Assembly (NCBI GenBank): GCA_018399955.1
Contig: JAGYNO010000003.1
Coordinates: 30,245-94,244 of the forward strand
Origin: Halanaerobium sp.
Lineage (GTDB): Bacteria > Bacillota > Halanaerobiia > Halanaerobiales > Halanaerobiaceae
Length of the DNA: 64,000 nucleotides
Reading direction: 5' to 3'
Positions within the stretch are counted from its first letter, which is position 1; each line of letters opens with the position of its first letter. This document shows, piece by piece, positions 54,349-64,000 of this stretch. The position numbers and the translations under genes are program-made. A model generated the notes under the pieces. The model was not told where the DNA came from and made no database searches. It saw only the letters and a program-made list of their open reading frames with translations.

Positions 54349-54843
54349 ATGAAAATTGGAGTTATTTCTGATACACATCTTCCTGATTCGGGAAGTGAGT
54401 TACCAGAAAAATTAATAAAAGAATTAAAGAAAGTTGACTTAATTGTTCATGCAGGAGATCTTACAGAAATCAAATATTATGAACAATTAATATCAGTTAA
54501 TGAAGTTAAAGCCGTTGCAGGTAATATGGATAGTTTTGAACTTCAAAATAAGTTGAATAAAAAAATATCTTTTACTGTCAATGGGAAAAAAATATCAATT
54601 ATTCATGGTCATCAGTTTAGAGGCAAAAATATGCTGCAGGGATTGAATTATAGTTTTCCAGAAAGTGATTTAATTATATTTGGTCATACTCACAGGCCTT
54701 TTAACGAAAAATTAGGTGGGAAAATATTTTTTAATCCAGGGTCTCCAACCGACAAAAGACTGGAGAAAAATTATACTTTTGGTATAATAGATATAGGTGA
54801 CCAGATAAATTCAGAAATAAAAATTTTAGAGGAGGGATATTGA
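54349..54843 (+). CDS. YfcE-family metallophosphoesterase
   Basis: SDTH, HAGD, GNMD, HGH, FGHTH, NPGS. Confidence 0.88.
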   Translation: MKIGVISDTHLPDSGSELPEKLIKELKKVDLIVHAGDLTEIKYYEQLISVNEVKAVAGNMDSFELQNKLNKKISFTVNGKKISIIHGHQFRGKNMLQGLNYSFPESDLIIFGHTHRPFNEKLGGKIFFNPGSPTDKRLEKNYTFGIIDIGDQINSEIKILEEGY

Positions 54844-55217
54844 TGTCAGTTTATGATACAGCTAGAAGGCTTGAGAAAAAGTTAAAAAATTCAGATCAAT
54901 ATCAAAATTATCAGGAGTTAAGGGAAAAAATAGAGGGGAATTCTGGTTCTAAGAAAATGCTTATTGATTATCAAAATTTGATGATTGAAATGCAGAACAA
55001 AAGAATGTCTGGCGAAGAATTAAATGAAGAAGATAAAAAGAGACTGCAGAATCTGCAGAATTTGATAGAAATTAATAATAATGTAAAAAAATATTTAGAA
55101 GCAGAATATCAACTGAGTCAAATGATAAACGATCTTCAAAAAATAATATTTTCTGATCTTCAAGTTGGCATATTAGAAGATGATGAGATTTCTGAAGATG
55201 AACCCGAAAAAAGTTAA
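54840..55217 (+). CDS. YlbF/YheA (Com_YlbF) family protein
   Basis: VYDTARRL..LKNSDQY..YLEAE. Confidence 0.8.
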   Translation: MMSVYDTARRLEKKLKNSDQYQNYQELREKIEGNSGSKKMLIDYQNLMIEMQNKRMSGEELNEEDKKRLQNLQNLIEINNNVKKYLEAEYQLSQMINDLQKIIFSDLQVGILEDDEISEDEPEKS

Positions 55218-55222
55218 AAAAT

Positions 55223-55245
55223 AAGCACCCAAATTTGGGTGCTTT
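55223..55245. terminator. bidirectional terminator
   Basis: AAGCACCCAAATTTGGGTGCTT between convergent genes. Confidence 0.75.
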
Positions 55246-55259
55246 AAAAATAACACACT

Positions 55260-55481
55260 TTATACAGGTTGTACTTCTTTTACTCCATCAACATTTTGCT
55301 TCAGTGTTCTTTCAATACCGTTTTTTATGGTTAAGGTTGACATTGGACAACCACTACATGCACCAAGGAGCTTAACTTTTACAATGCCATCTTCTGTCAC
55401 TTCAACAAGTTCTACATCTCCACCATCAGCTTGAAGGCTGGGTCTTATTTTATCAATATATTTTTCAACTTCTTCTTTCAT
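55260..55481 (-). CDS. NifU-like (Nfu) Fe-S scaffold protein
   Basis: [21 protein letters not shown]. Confidence 0.92.
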   Translation of the reverse strand: MKEEVEKYIDKIRPSLQADGGDVELVEVTEDGIVKVKLLGACSGCPMSTLTIKNGIERTLKQNVDGVKEVQPV

Positions 55482-55556
55482 TATTGCACCTCCTAAATTT
55501 ACTTTATGTCAATTATACAAAAAAACTCAAGTTTTTACAAGTGAAAAAACAGGAGA

Positions 55557-58500
55557 ATGATAAAAATGTCTAACTTTGTTCATTTACATAATCATACAGC
55601 CTATAGTCTTCTAGATGGAGCTATCAAAATTGATGATTTAATTAAAAAGACTAAAGAATATAATATGCCAGCAGTTTCAATAACTGATCATGGTGTGTTA
55701 TATGGTATGATTGATTTTTATAAAAAAGCAAAAAAAGAAAATATTAAGCCTATAATAGGCTGTGAATTATATTTAAGTTCAGGCAGCAGATTTGCCAGAA
55801 AAAGAAAAAACTTTCATCTTCTTCTGCTTGCTGAAAATAAAAAAGGTTATCACAATTTAATTCAGCTGGTTTCTAAGGCCTGGTTGGAAAGCTTTTACTA
55901 TAAGCCCCGGGTTGATAAAGATTTACTGGCAGAATATAGTGATGGTCTTATCTGTCTTTCCGCCTGTATACAGGGAGAGATACCTCAATTGATTTTAGAT
56001 GGGAATTATGATCTTGCCAAAAAAGCAGTTTCTGATTATCAGGCAATTTTTGGACGGGAAAATTTCTTTTTAGAACTGCAGGATCATCATTTGAGCAAAG
56101 AAAAAGAGGCTGCACAGGGTCTAATTCGCTTAAGCCGTGAAGAAAATATACCTGCAGTAATTACTAATGATGTCCACTATTTAAATAAAGAAGATGCTGA
56201 ACTTCATGATATTTTACTTGCTCTGCAGACTGGAACAACAACTGCTGATGAAAACAGAATGACTTTTCAAGGAGAAGAGTATTATTATAAATCAGCGTCT
56301 GAAATGAAGAATATTTTTCCGGATTTTAGATCAGCTTATGATAATACAATAAAAATTTCCGAAAGAATAGACTTGGAACTTGATTTTAATCATTTTTATT
56401 TACCTGATTTTCCTGATTTGGATCAAGAAGAATCTCCAGAAGATTTATTAAAAAAACTATGTCTGAATGGATTGAAAGAGAAAAATATGACAGATAATCA
56501 AGAGGCTTTAGAAAGATTAAAATATGAACTTAAAATAATTTATAAAATGGGATATGCTGCCTATTTTTTAATTGTTTATGATTTTGTTGCATATGCAGAA
56601 AAAAACAATATTATGGTTGGACCAGGTAGGGGATCAGCAGCTGGTAGTTTAGTTGCTTATCTTCTTAAAATAACTAAGGTAAACCCATTAAAATATGGTT
56701 TGATTTTTGAGAGGTTTTTGAACCCTGAACGTATAACAATGCCTGACATTGATATTGACTTTGATGAGAACAGAGATCAAATAATTGATTATGTTAAAGA
56801 AAGGTATGGAGAAGAAAGAGTAGCTCAGATTGGGACATTTGGTACTATGGCAGGTAGAGCTGCTGTTAGAGATATAGGAAGAGCATTAGGAATCTCTTAT
56901 GGAAAAGTTGATAAAGTTGCAAAAATGATTTCTTCACGAGCTGGAATAGAAGAATCAATGTCAAATTCCAAAAAATTAAAGAATTTATACAATCAAGATA
57001 GTCAGGTAAAAGAGTTAATTGATTATGCAAAAGGAGTAGAGGGTTTTCCACGCCATATTTCTACACATGCTGCAGGAGTTATAATTGGTGCTGAACCGCT
57101 TGCTCAAATAGTTCCGCTGCAGAAACAAGACGAAAGTGTGATTACTCAGCTGCCAATGGGTGATTTAGAATCACTGGGTTTATTAAAAATGGATTTTTTA
57201 GGGCTCAGAAACTTAACAGTAATTAAAAATACTCTTGAGTTAATAAAAAAACGAAAAGGAATAGAAATAGATATTAATTCTATTCCTCTAGATGATAAAG
57301 AAGTTTATGAATTTTTGAGTTCAGGTAAAACTGCAGGTGTGTTTCAGATGGAGTCATATCTTTTTCAATCTCTAAATAGAAAATTAAAGCCTGATGAATT
57401 TAATGATTTAATTGCAATGCTGGCACTTGGTAGACCTGGTCCGCTTGGCAGTAATATTGTAGATGATTTTATAGATATTCGCCATGGGAAAAAAGAAGCA
57501 GAATATCTTCACCCGAAATTAAAGCCAATTTTGAAAGAAACCTTCGGCATGATTTTATATCAGGAACAGGTAATGGAAATAGCATCTTCGCTTGGTGGAT
57601 ATACTATGGGAGAAGCTGATATATTAAGACGAGGTATGGGAAAAAAGAAAAAAGAACTTGTTGCTGCTGAAAGAGAAAAATTTGTCCGTGGAGCTGTTGA
57701 AAATAAAATCAAAAGACAGACTGCAGATGAAATATTTGATCAGATGGAATATTTTGCTGGTTATGGTTTTAACAAGTCTCATTCAACAGCATATGCATTT
57801 TTAGCTTATCAAACAGCCTATTTAAAATATCATTATACTGCTGAATTTATGGCTGCATTATTTTCTTCAGTTATGGGCAATCATGATAAAATAGCAGATT
57901 ATATTAAAGCATGTAGAGAAATGAATATAGAAATCTTAGCTCCAGATATTAATAAAAGCTCTCATGATTTTATAGCTGAATCAGATAGGAGGATTCGCTA
58001 TGGTCTAAAAGCAATAAAAAATATGGGTTCTAATACTATACATGCTGTAGAGAAAGCTAGAAAAAATGGAGAATTCAAATCAATAATTGATTTTTTAAAA
58101 AGAATAGATATAAGTTCATTAAATATCCAATCATTAGAAGCATTGATTAAAGCAGGAGCTTTTGACAGTATATCTGAGAATAGAGCTGGATTATTAATCA
58201 ATTATGAAGAGATTTATAACAAATATAATTCTTTTCATAAAAATAGAGCCAAGGGCCAGCAGTCATTTGCAGAACTGTTTTCGGATGATAATTCATTTAT
58301 GGAGGAAGATTTAAAATATAATGAAATTGATGAATTGGAAACTGAAACTATTTTAAGTCAAGAAAAAGAATTCCTGGGGGTATATCTTTCTGCTCATCCG
58401 CTCGATAAATATAATAATAAATTAAAAAAAATAAATACTCTTCCAATAAATAAAGCTGCTGCTGCGGCAGAAGGGAGTATTGTATTTACAGCAGGTCATA

Positions 58501-58922
58501 TTATATCTTATAAGGAGCATATTACTAAGCGAAACAATAAAATGGCTTTTATTACTATAAATGATCAAAATGATAAAATAGAAGTAATTATTTTTGCAGA
58601 TTTATTTAAAAATCTTGATTTTGATTTAAATCAGGAAAAAAACATAACTGTATTAGGGAAAAAAAATGACAGTCAATTAATTGCAGAATATATTTTTTCG
58701 TTAGAAAATAATTTTCTAATCATAAATATTGATAAATTACAAAATAATAAAATTTTAGGACTAAAAAAATATTTATTAAAAAAAGAAGGTAATATACCTG
58801 TTCTGTTGAAAAAAGATAATAAGATGATTGCTGCAGAAAAAGATTTTTTTATTAACAATACTAGAATTACTTTTCAAGAATTGAGCAGTGCATTAGGTGA
58901 ATCTAATTTTAAATTCATATAG
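55557..58922 (+). CDS. dnaE: DNA polymerase III alpha subunit
   Basis: HLHNHTAYSLLDG, GRGSAAGS, PDIDIDF, KMDFLGL, GYGFNKSH. Confidence 0.97.
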   Translation: MIKMSNFVHLHNHTAYSLLDGAIKIDDLIKKTKEYNMPAVSITDHGVLYGMIDFYKKAKKENIKPIIGCELYLSSGSRFARKRKNFHLLLLAENKKGYHNLIQLVSKAWLESFYYKPRVDKDLLAEYSDGLICLSACIQGEIPQLILDGNYDLAKKAVSDYQAIFGRENFFLELQDHHLSKEKEAAQGLIRLSREENIPAVITNDVHYLNKEDAELHDILLALQTGTTTADENRMTFQGEEYYYKSASEMKNIFPDFRSAYDNTIKISERIDLELDFNHFYLPDFPDLDQEESPEDLLKKLCLNGLKEKNMTDNQEALERLKYELKIIYKMGYAAYFLIVYDFVAYAEKNNIMVGPGRGSAAGSLVAYLLKITKVNPLKYGLIFERFLNPERITMPDIDIDFDENRDQIIDYVKERYGEERVAQIGTFGTMAGRAAVRDIGRALGISYGKVDKVAKMISSRAGIEESMSNSKKLKNLYNQDSQVKELIDYAKGVEGFPRHISTHAAGVIIGAEPLAQIVPLQKQDESVITQLPMGDLESLGLLKMDFLGLRNLTVIKNTLELIKKRKGIEIDINSIPLDDKEVYEFLSSGKTAGVFQMESYLFQSLNRKLKPDEFNDLIAMLALGRPGPLGSNIVDDFIDIRHGKKEAEYLHPKLKPILKETFGMILYQEQVMEIASSLGGYTMGEADILRRGMGKKKKELVAAEREKFVRGAVENKIKRQTADEIFDQMEYFAGYGFNKSHSTAYAFLAYQTAYLKYHYTAEFMAALFSSVMGNHDKIADYIKACREMNIEILAPDINKSSHDFIAESDRRIRYGLKAIKNMGSNTIHAVEKARKNGEFKSIIDFLKRIDISSLNIQSLEALIKAGAFDSISENRAGLLINYEEIYNKYNSFHKNRAKGQQSFAELFSDDNSFMEEDLKYNEIDELETETILSQEKEFLGVYLSAHPLDKYNNKLKKINTLPINKAAAAAEGSIVFTAGHIISYKEHITKRNNKMAFITINDQNDKIEVIIFADLFKNLDFDLNQEKNITVLGKKNDSQLIAEYIFSLENNFLIINIDKLQNNKILGLKKYLLKKEGNIPVLLKKDNKMIAAEKDFFINNTRITFQELSSALGESNFKFI

Positions 58923-59046
58923 AATAGACTAAATAGGCTATAATAGTCAGGTGGAATTTAGTAATAAAATCCGACTCAAAGTTGAAAAATACATGAGAAA
59001 AATATCTCAAATCTAAATTTAAATCATTTAAATATCACAAAATTTC

Positions 59047-59076
59047 TTGACATTTCTTTTTTGCTTATTATATTAT
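59047..59076 (+). promoter_or_regulatory. sigma-A promoter of mtrB-orf-pfkA-pyk
   Basis: TTGACA-18-TATTAT. Confidence 0.55.
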
Positions 59077-59099
59077 TAACTAGATAAAGGAGGAATACC

Positions 59100-59324
59100 A
59101 TGGATGTTAATGCTGATTATCTTTTAATTAAAGCACTTGAAAATGGTGTAACAATTATAGGATTAACGAGAGGAAAAGACACTAAATTTAATCATACAGA
59201 AAAATTGGATAAGGGAGAAGTTTTAGCTGCACAATTTACAGAAAATGTTTCTGCAATGAAAATACGGGGCAAAGCAGAGATTATAAGTAAGCATGGGAAA
59301 TTGAATTCAGACAGCAGCCAGTGA
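59100..59324 (+). CDS. mtrB: trp RNA-binding attenuation protein (TRAP)
   Basis: IKALENGVTIIGLTRG.DTKF..EKLDKGEV..QFTE..SA.KIRG. Confidence 0.93.
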   Translation: MDVNADYLLIKALENGVTIIGLTRGKDTKFNHTEKLDKGEVLAAQFTENVSAMKIRGKAEIISKHGKLNSDSSQ

Positions 59325-59362
59325 TTTAAATTAAGATTTGCTGGAAAGGAGTTAAGTTACTT

Positions 59363-59539
59363 ATGTGGCAGGTTGTATATATAGCTTCTTCTAAAAAAGA
59401 GGCCCAGGAAATTCTGAATATAATGGAAAGTGAAGGATTTTTAGTTGATATTGAAAACACTGGGATTGATAATTATCAGATAAAGGTACCTGCTATTGAA
59501 GCTGAAGAGGCTTACTCCTGTTTACATAAAAATTTTTAA
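59363..59539 (+). CDS. conserved 58-aa small protein (DUF2007-like; absent from the ORF track)
   Basis: SD AAGGAG; MWQVVYIASSKKEAQEI..SEGFLV..YQIKVPAIEAEEA. Confidence 0.75.
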   Translation: MWQVVYIASSKKEAQEILNIMESEGFLVDIENTGIDNYQIKVPAIEAEEAYSCLHKNF

Positions 59540-59553
59540 CTGGAGGAATTGTA

Positions 59554-60552
59554 ATGAAAAAGATTGCTGTACTGACAAGTGGGGGAGATGCTCCAGGCAT
59601 GAACCCGGCAATAAGGTCAGTTGCTCGAACAGCTATTTTTTATAATTTAGAAGTAGTTGGAGTAAAACATGGATATGAGGGATTAATTAATAAAGATTTT
59701 TTTCCTATGAATAGAGGTTCAGTTGCAGATATTATTCAAAGGGGTGGAACTGTATTACTTTCTGCTCGTTGTGAAGAGTTTAAAACTGAAGAAGGTAGAA
59801 AAAAAGCATATAAAAATATGCGAGATGAAAATATTGATGCTCTAGTTGTAATTGGTGGAGATGGTTCTTTACGTGGTGTTCAAAAAATAAATCAGGAAAG
59901 CGAGATTAGAGCAGTAGGTATACCTGCTACAATTGATAATGATCTTTCCTGCACTGATTATACCATTGGTGTAGATACAGCTATGAATACCATTCTTGAT
60001 GCTGTAAATAAAATTAGGGATACAGCCACATCTCACGAAAGAACATTTGTAATAGAATGTATGGGACGAGATTCAGGTTATCTTGCTTTAATGGCAGGAC
60101 TTGCCGGTGGAGCAGAATTTATTTTAGTTCCAGAAATTGATTTCACCCCCCAGGAAGTAAGTGAAAGGATTGTCCAGGGTTTTGAACGAGGCAAACTGCA
60201 CAGTTTAATCTTGATAGCAGAAGGAGTTAAGGCACCTTTTGCAGATCTAACAGGATATAACGGTAGTCCTGGGCTTGCTATGGGAGAGTTAATCAGAGAA
60301 TCGACTGGTATGGAAACAAGAGTTACAATTTTAGGACATCTTCAGCGGGGTGGGAGCCCTACTGCTACAGATAGAATTATTGCAAGTAGAATGGGAGCTG
60401 AGGCAGTTGAGATATTAATTGAAGGTGAAAGAAATAAGATGGTTAATTATAAAGATAATTCTATTGGAAGCTGTTCAATTGAAGATTCAATTGAAAAAGT
60501 ACAGCAGATAGATATGGATATTTATAATCTTGCAAGTATCTTATCAATGTAA
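59554..60552 (+). CDS. pfkA: ATP-dependent 6-phosphofructokinase
   Basis: TSGGDAPGMN, GGDGS, PATIDND, MGR, LGHLQRGG. Confidence 0.96.
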   Translation: MKKIAVLTSGGDAPGMNPAIRSVARTAIFYNLEVVGVKHGYEGLINKDFFPMNRGSVADIIQRGGTVLLSARCEEFKTEEGRKKAYKNMRDENIDALVVIGGDGSLRGVQKINQESEIRAVGIPATIDNDLSCTDYTIGVDTAMNTILDAVNKIRDTATSHERTFVIECMGRDSGYLALMAGLAGGAEFILVPEIDFTPQEVSERIVQGFERGKLHSLILIAEGVKAPFADLTGYNGSPGLAMGELIRESTGMETRVTILGHLQRGGSPTATDRIIASRMGAEAVEILIEGERNKMVNYKDNSIGSCSIEDSIEKVQQIDMDIYNLASILSM

Positions 60553-60586
60553 ATAAATAAATATAAATAAAAACTGGGAGGTTAAT

Positions 60587-62341
60587 ATGCGAAAAACAAA
60601 AATTGTATGTACACTTGGTCCTGCTACTAATGATAAAGAAACAATAAAAAAAGTAGTGGAGGCTGGGATGAATGTAGCTAGATTTAATTTTTCACATGGC
60701 AATCATGAAGAACAAAAACAGAGATTTGATTTAGTAAAAGAGGTTGAAAAAGAAACTGGAATTCCGATTGGAATCATGCTTGATACTAAAGGACCTGAAA
60801 TTAGGACTGGAGAAATGGAAGGAGATAAAATAGAGCTTAAGGAAGGAAGCGAGCTCTTAATCTCTAAAAAAGATGTAATGGGAACAACAACTAAGATTTC
60901 TACTTCGTATAAGGAACTGGCAAATGATTTAAAAAAAGGGAATAGAATTTTAATTGATGATGGACTAATTGAATTGGAAGTTATAGACATTAAGAATAAC
61001 GATATTATTACTAAAGTACTTAATGGTGGTGAATTGGGATCACGTAAAGGTGTTAACCTTCCTGGTGTAAATGTTAATTTACCTTCATTAACTGAAAAAG
61101 ATATTCAAGATATAAGATTTGGAGTTGAAGAAGGAGTTCATTTTATTGCAGCTTCTTTTGTTAGAAAAGCAAATGATGTAATTGAAATCAGAAAGCTTTT
61201 AGAAGAAACAGGTAACGAAGATATTTTTATTATCGCCAAGATTGAAAATCAGGAAGGTGTAGAGAATCTTGATTCAATACTTGAGGTTGCAGATGGTATT
61301 ATGGTTGCTAGAGGTGATCTTGGAGTAGAAATTCCTGCAGAAAAAGTGCCTATTGTACAAAAAATGATGATTCGTAAATGCAATAGAGCTTCAAAACCTG
61401 TTATTACTGCTACTCAGATGCTGGATTCAATGATTCGTAATCCACGCCCAACTAGAGCTGAAGCTTCGGATGTTGCTAATGCAATTTATGATGGAACTGA
61501 TGCAACAATGTTATCTGGGGAATCAGCTGCAGGTAAATATCCTATACAATCTGTTAAGACGATGGCTCAAATTGCAAATGAGGTTGAGGAATCAGACAGT
61601 TATAAAGAGAAATTTGCTGATAATTATCAATTTGCAGCAAATACTGTTACAGGGGCAATCAGTTTAGCTACCTGTGAAACATCAGAAAAACTTGAAGCAC
61701 AAGCAATAATTACTTCAACTGGATCTGGTCTGACAGCAAGAACAGTATCTAAATTTAGACCCCAGACTTTAATAATTGCAGTTACTCCAAGCAAAAGAGT
61801 TTTACATCAGCTAGTATTAAGTTGGGGTATTTACCCATTGATTTCTGCTAGGAGTAATAACACTGATGAGATGATGGAAAATGCAATTGATGCAGCATTA
61901 GATAATAAATTGATTGAAGAAGGTGACCTGGTTACAATTACTGCAGGAACTCCAGTTGGTATTTCTGGAACTACTAACTTGATTAAAGTTGATGTTGTTG
62001 GTAAACCAGTAGCTCAAGGTCAAGGTATTGGCAAAGGTATTATAGTTGGAAAAGCCAAAACAGTAACTTCTGCTGAAGAAGCAAATGAAAAGATAAAAGA
62101 AGGAGATGTCATGATTGCTTCTATGACAGATAGAGATTATATACCTGCTATGAAGAAAGCCTCAGCTCTTGTAACATTTGGTGGAGGTTTAACTTCACAT
62201 CCAGCTATAGTCGGCCTTAATATTGGCATCCCTGTTGTTGTTAATACAGGAGATATTAAAGATGAATTTGAAGATGGTGAATTAATTACTGTTGATGGAG
62301 TAAGAGGATTAATTTATAGAGGAAAAGCACATCTTAAGTAA
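60587..62341 (+). CDS. pyk: pyruvate kinase with C-terminal PEP-utilising domain
   Basis: TKIVCTLGP, NFSHG, DTKGPEIR, MVARGDLG, GGLTSH. Confidence 0.97.
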   Translation: MRKTKIVCTLGPATNDKETIKKVVEAGMNVARFNFSHGNHEEQKQRFDLVKEVEKETGIPIGIMLDTKGPEIRTGEMEGDKIELKEGSELLISKKDVMGTTTKISTSYKELANDLKKGNRILIDDGLIELEVIDIKNNDIITKVLNGGELGSRKGVNLPGVNVNLPSLTEKDIQDIRFGVEEGVHFIAASFVRKANDVIEIRKLLEETGNEDIFIIAKIENQEGVENLDSILEVADGIMVARGDLGVEIPAEKVPIVQKMMIRKCNRASKPVITATQMLDSMIRNPRPTRAEASDVANAIYDGTDATMLSGESAAGKYPIQSVKTMAQIANEVEESDSYKEKFADNYQFAANTVTGAISLATCETSEKLEAQAIITSTGSGLTARTVSKFRPQTLIIAVTPSKRVLHQLVLSWGIYPLISARSNNTDEMMENAIDAALDNKLIEEGDLVTITAGTPVGISGTTNLIKVDVVGKPVAQGQGIGKGIIVGKAKTVTSAEEANEKIKEGDVMIASMTDRDYIPAMKKASALVTFGGGLTSHPAIVGLNIGIPVVVNTGDIKDEFEDGELITVDGVRGLIYRGKAHLK

Positions 62342-62377
62342 ATAGCAGTTTCATTAATTAAATAATAATGAATTGAG

Positions 62378-62430
62378 ACCGCAGATATTTATTTTAGATT
62401 TTCTTATAATAAAATCTGCGGTTTATATTT
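62378..62430 (+). terminator. long hairpin/terminator after pyk
   Basis: ACCGCAGAT..ATCTGCGGT arms with an AT-rich inner region and T-rich tail. Confidence 0.55.
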
Positions 62431-62553
62431 GTCTTGTAATCTATTCAAAACTTTGATATTATTAAGCTTGGTAAAAAAATAATTTTTTGCTTATTACTTT
62501 ACAATGATAAAGTAATAAAGTATAATAAAACAAAACTATTAGGAGGAATTCAC

Positions 62554-63348
62554 ATGAGAAATTCATTTTCAAGTATTTTAGTTTTAATGCTGGCAGTTTT
62601 ATTAGTTTTTGCAGGGACTGCAGCAGCTGATGATTCTCTAGCAGAGATTCAAGAAAAAGGTAAAATGGTTGTAGGTTTAGACGATAGTTTTCCACCAATG
62701 GGATTCAGAAGTGAATCAGGTGATATTGTTGGTTTTGATATTGATCTTGCCAAAGAAGCTGCTGAAAGAATAGGTGTAGATGTTGAGTTTAAAGCAGTTG
62801 ATTGGGATGGAGTTATTTTAAGCTTGCGTAATGGTTCAATTGATGTAATCTGGAATGGTTTAACAATAACTGAAGAAAGAGATGAAAGAATAGATTTTAC
62901 TCAGCCCTATTTAGCTAATAGTCAGGCTATTATAGTTCAGGCTGATAGTGACATAGAAAGAAAAGAAGATCTTGCAGACAAGGTTGTAGGTATTCAGCTG
63001 GGCAGTAGTGCTGTAAGTGCAGTTGAATCAGAACCAGAAGTACTTGATTCTTTTAAAGAACTTCGTCAATTTTCAAATAATACTGAAGCACTTCTTGATC
63101 TGCAGACCAGCAGAGTTCAAGCAGTTGTAGTTGATGTTATTGTTGGCCGATATTATATGAGTCAGCGAGAAGGTCAATTTAGAGTTTTAGAAGACAACTT
63201 TGGAAGCGAAGAATATGGTGTTGGTGTTAGAGAAGATGCAGATTCATTCAGAATGGCTATCAATGAAGCTCTTGATGAAATGATTGAAGATGGAACTGCA
63301 GCAGAAATCTCTGAAAAATGGTTTGGAGAAGATATTTTGCTTAAGTAG
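62554..63348 (+). CDS. polar amino-acid ABC transporter substrate-binding protein
   Basis: signal peptide; FPPMGF, GFDIDLA, DWDG, EEYGVG, ISEKWFG. Confidence 0.9.
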   Translation: MRNSFSSILVLMLAVLLVFAGTAAADDSLAEIQEKGKMVVGLDDSFPPMGFRSESGDIVGFDIDLAKEAAERIGVDVEFKAVDWDGVILSLRNGSIDVIWNGLTITEERDERIDFTQPYLANSQAIIVQADSDIERKEDLADKVVGIQLGSSAVSAVESEPEVLDSFKELRQFSNNTEALLDLQTSRVQAVVVDVIVGRYYMSQREGQFRVLEDNFGSEEYGVGVREDADSFRMAINEALDEMIEDGTAAEISEKWFGEDILLK

Positions 63349-63362
63349 GAGGAGTTTAATCG

Positions 63363-64000
63363 GTGGACTATATTATAAATGTTTCAGGATATATTCTGGA
63401 AGGTAGTATTGTTACCTTTCAGCTTTATTTGATAACAGCTTTACTTTCTGTATTTTTGGGTATTGCAGGGGCTCTTGGTAAAATTTCTAAAATTCCTCTT
63501 TTAAACTCTTTTTTATCTTTTTATACCTGGGTTTTTAGAGGAACTCCCTTATTACTGCAGCTGTTTTTTGCTTATTATGGTCTGCCGGTTTTGGGAATCA
63601 CTTTAGAACCATTTCCTGCAGCTGCTTTAACATTTACAATTAATTATGGTGCTTATTTTACTGAAATATTTAGAGGTGGAATAGAATCGATAGATAATGG
63701 TCAGTATGAAGCAGCTCAGGTTTTGGGTATGAACTACAGACAGACAATGAGTAGAATAATAATTCCTCAGACAGTAAAAAGAGTATTGCCTGCTACAAGC
63801 AATGAAGCAATTAACCTTGTAAAAGATAGTGCACTTGTTGCAGTTATTGGATTAGGTGATCTGCTGAGAGCAGCCAAAGTTGCAGTTACTAGAGACTTTT
63901 CTATTATCCCTTTTATTATAGCTGCAGTTTTTTATCTAATTATCAGTTCTGTAATAGTAAATATATTTAGGAGATTGGAAAATAAATATTCTGTTTACGA
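63363..64000 (+). CDS. amino-acid ABC transporter permease, 3'-truncated by the window edge
   Basis: SD GGAGGAG, GTG start; FRGTPLLLQL, AYFTEIFRGGI, GQYEAA..LG, IIPQ, LVKDSAL. Confidence 0.88.
   Translation, partial: MDYIINVSGYILEGSIVTFQLYLITALLSVFLGIAGALGKISKIPLLNSFLSFYTWVFRGTPLLLQLFFAYYGLPVLGITLEPFPAAALTFTINYGAYFTEIFRGGIESIDNGQYEAAQVLGMNYRQTMSRIIIPQTVKRVLPATSNEAINLVKDSALVAVIGLGDLLRAAKVAVTRDFSIIPFIIAAVFYLIISSVIVNIFRRLENKYSVY

Noticed and set aside
55557-58922. Intein or split in dnaE
   Set aside because: Length and motif order are those of an uninterrupted alpha subunit

Overview
Low-GC, gene-dense core-chromosome segment of an anaerobic Firmicute. Acidic proteins and gene content suggest Halanaerobiales (Halanaerobium-like); this is an inference. 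Contents in order: a 5'-truncated IGHMBP2/Upf1-like helicase; mazEF (ndoAI-ndoA); a 10-gene electron-bifurcating [FeFe]-hydrogenase cluster with an embedded kinase/phosphatase/sensory-hydrogenase module; proBAC-tsaEBD; a radical SAM/PDZ gene; CIRCE-groESL; ppsR-ppdK; guaA-yerC-tRNA-Pro(CGG); a helicase-like/helicase/Fe-S nuclease/recJ cluster; hslO; hflX; pcrA-ligA-gatCAB; rlmD; dnaE-mtrB-pfkA-pyk; and an amino-acid ABC transporter running off the 3' end. I saw no mobile element, prophage or CRISPR array. Most interesting observations: (1) an unannotated, separately transcribed 48-aa mini-gene just upstream of mazEF that matches the antitoxin's C-terminal helix but has no DNA-binding domain; (2) a split three-subunit AddAB/AdnAB-like helicase-nuclease module linked to recJ; (3) a TRAP with an intact RNA-binding surface but an altered tryptophan pocket; (4) hflX apparently starting at an ATT codon; (5) a possible Ser-phosphorylation switch inside the hydrogenase operon. 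All functional calls come from motif recognition by eye; no database searches were run.
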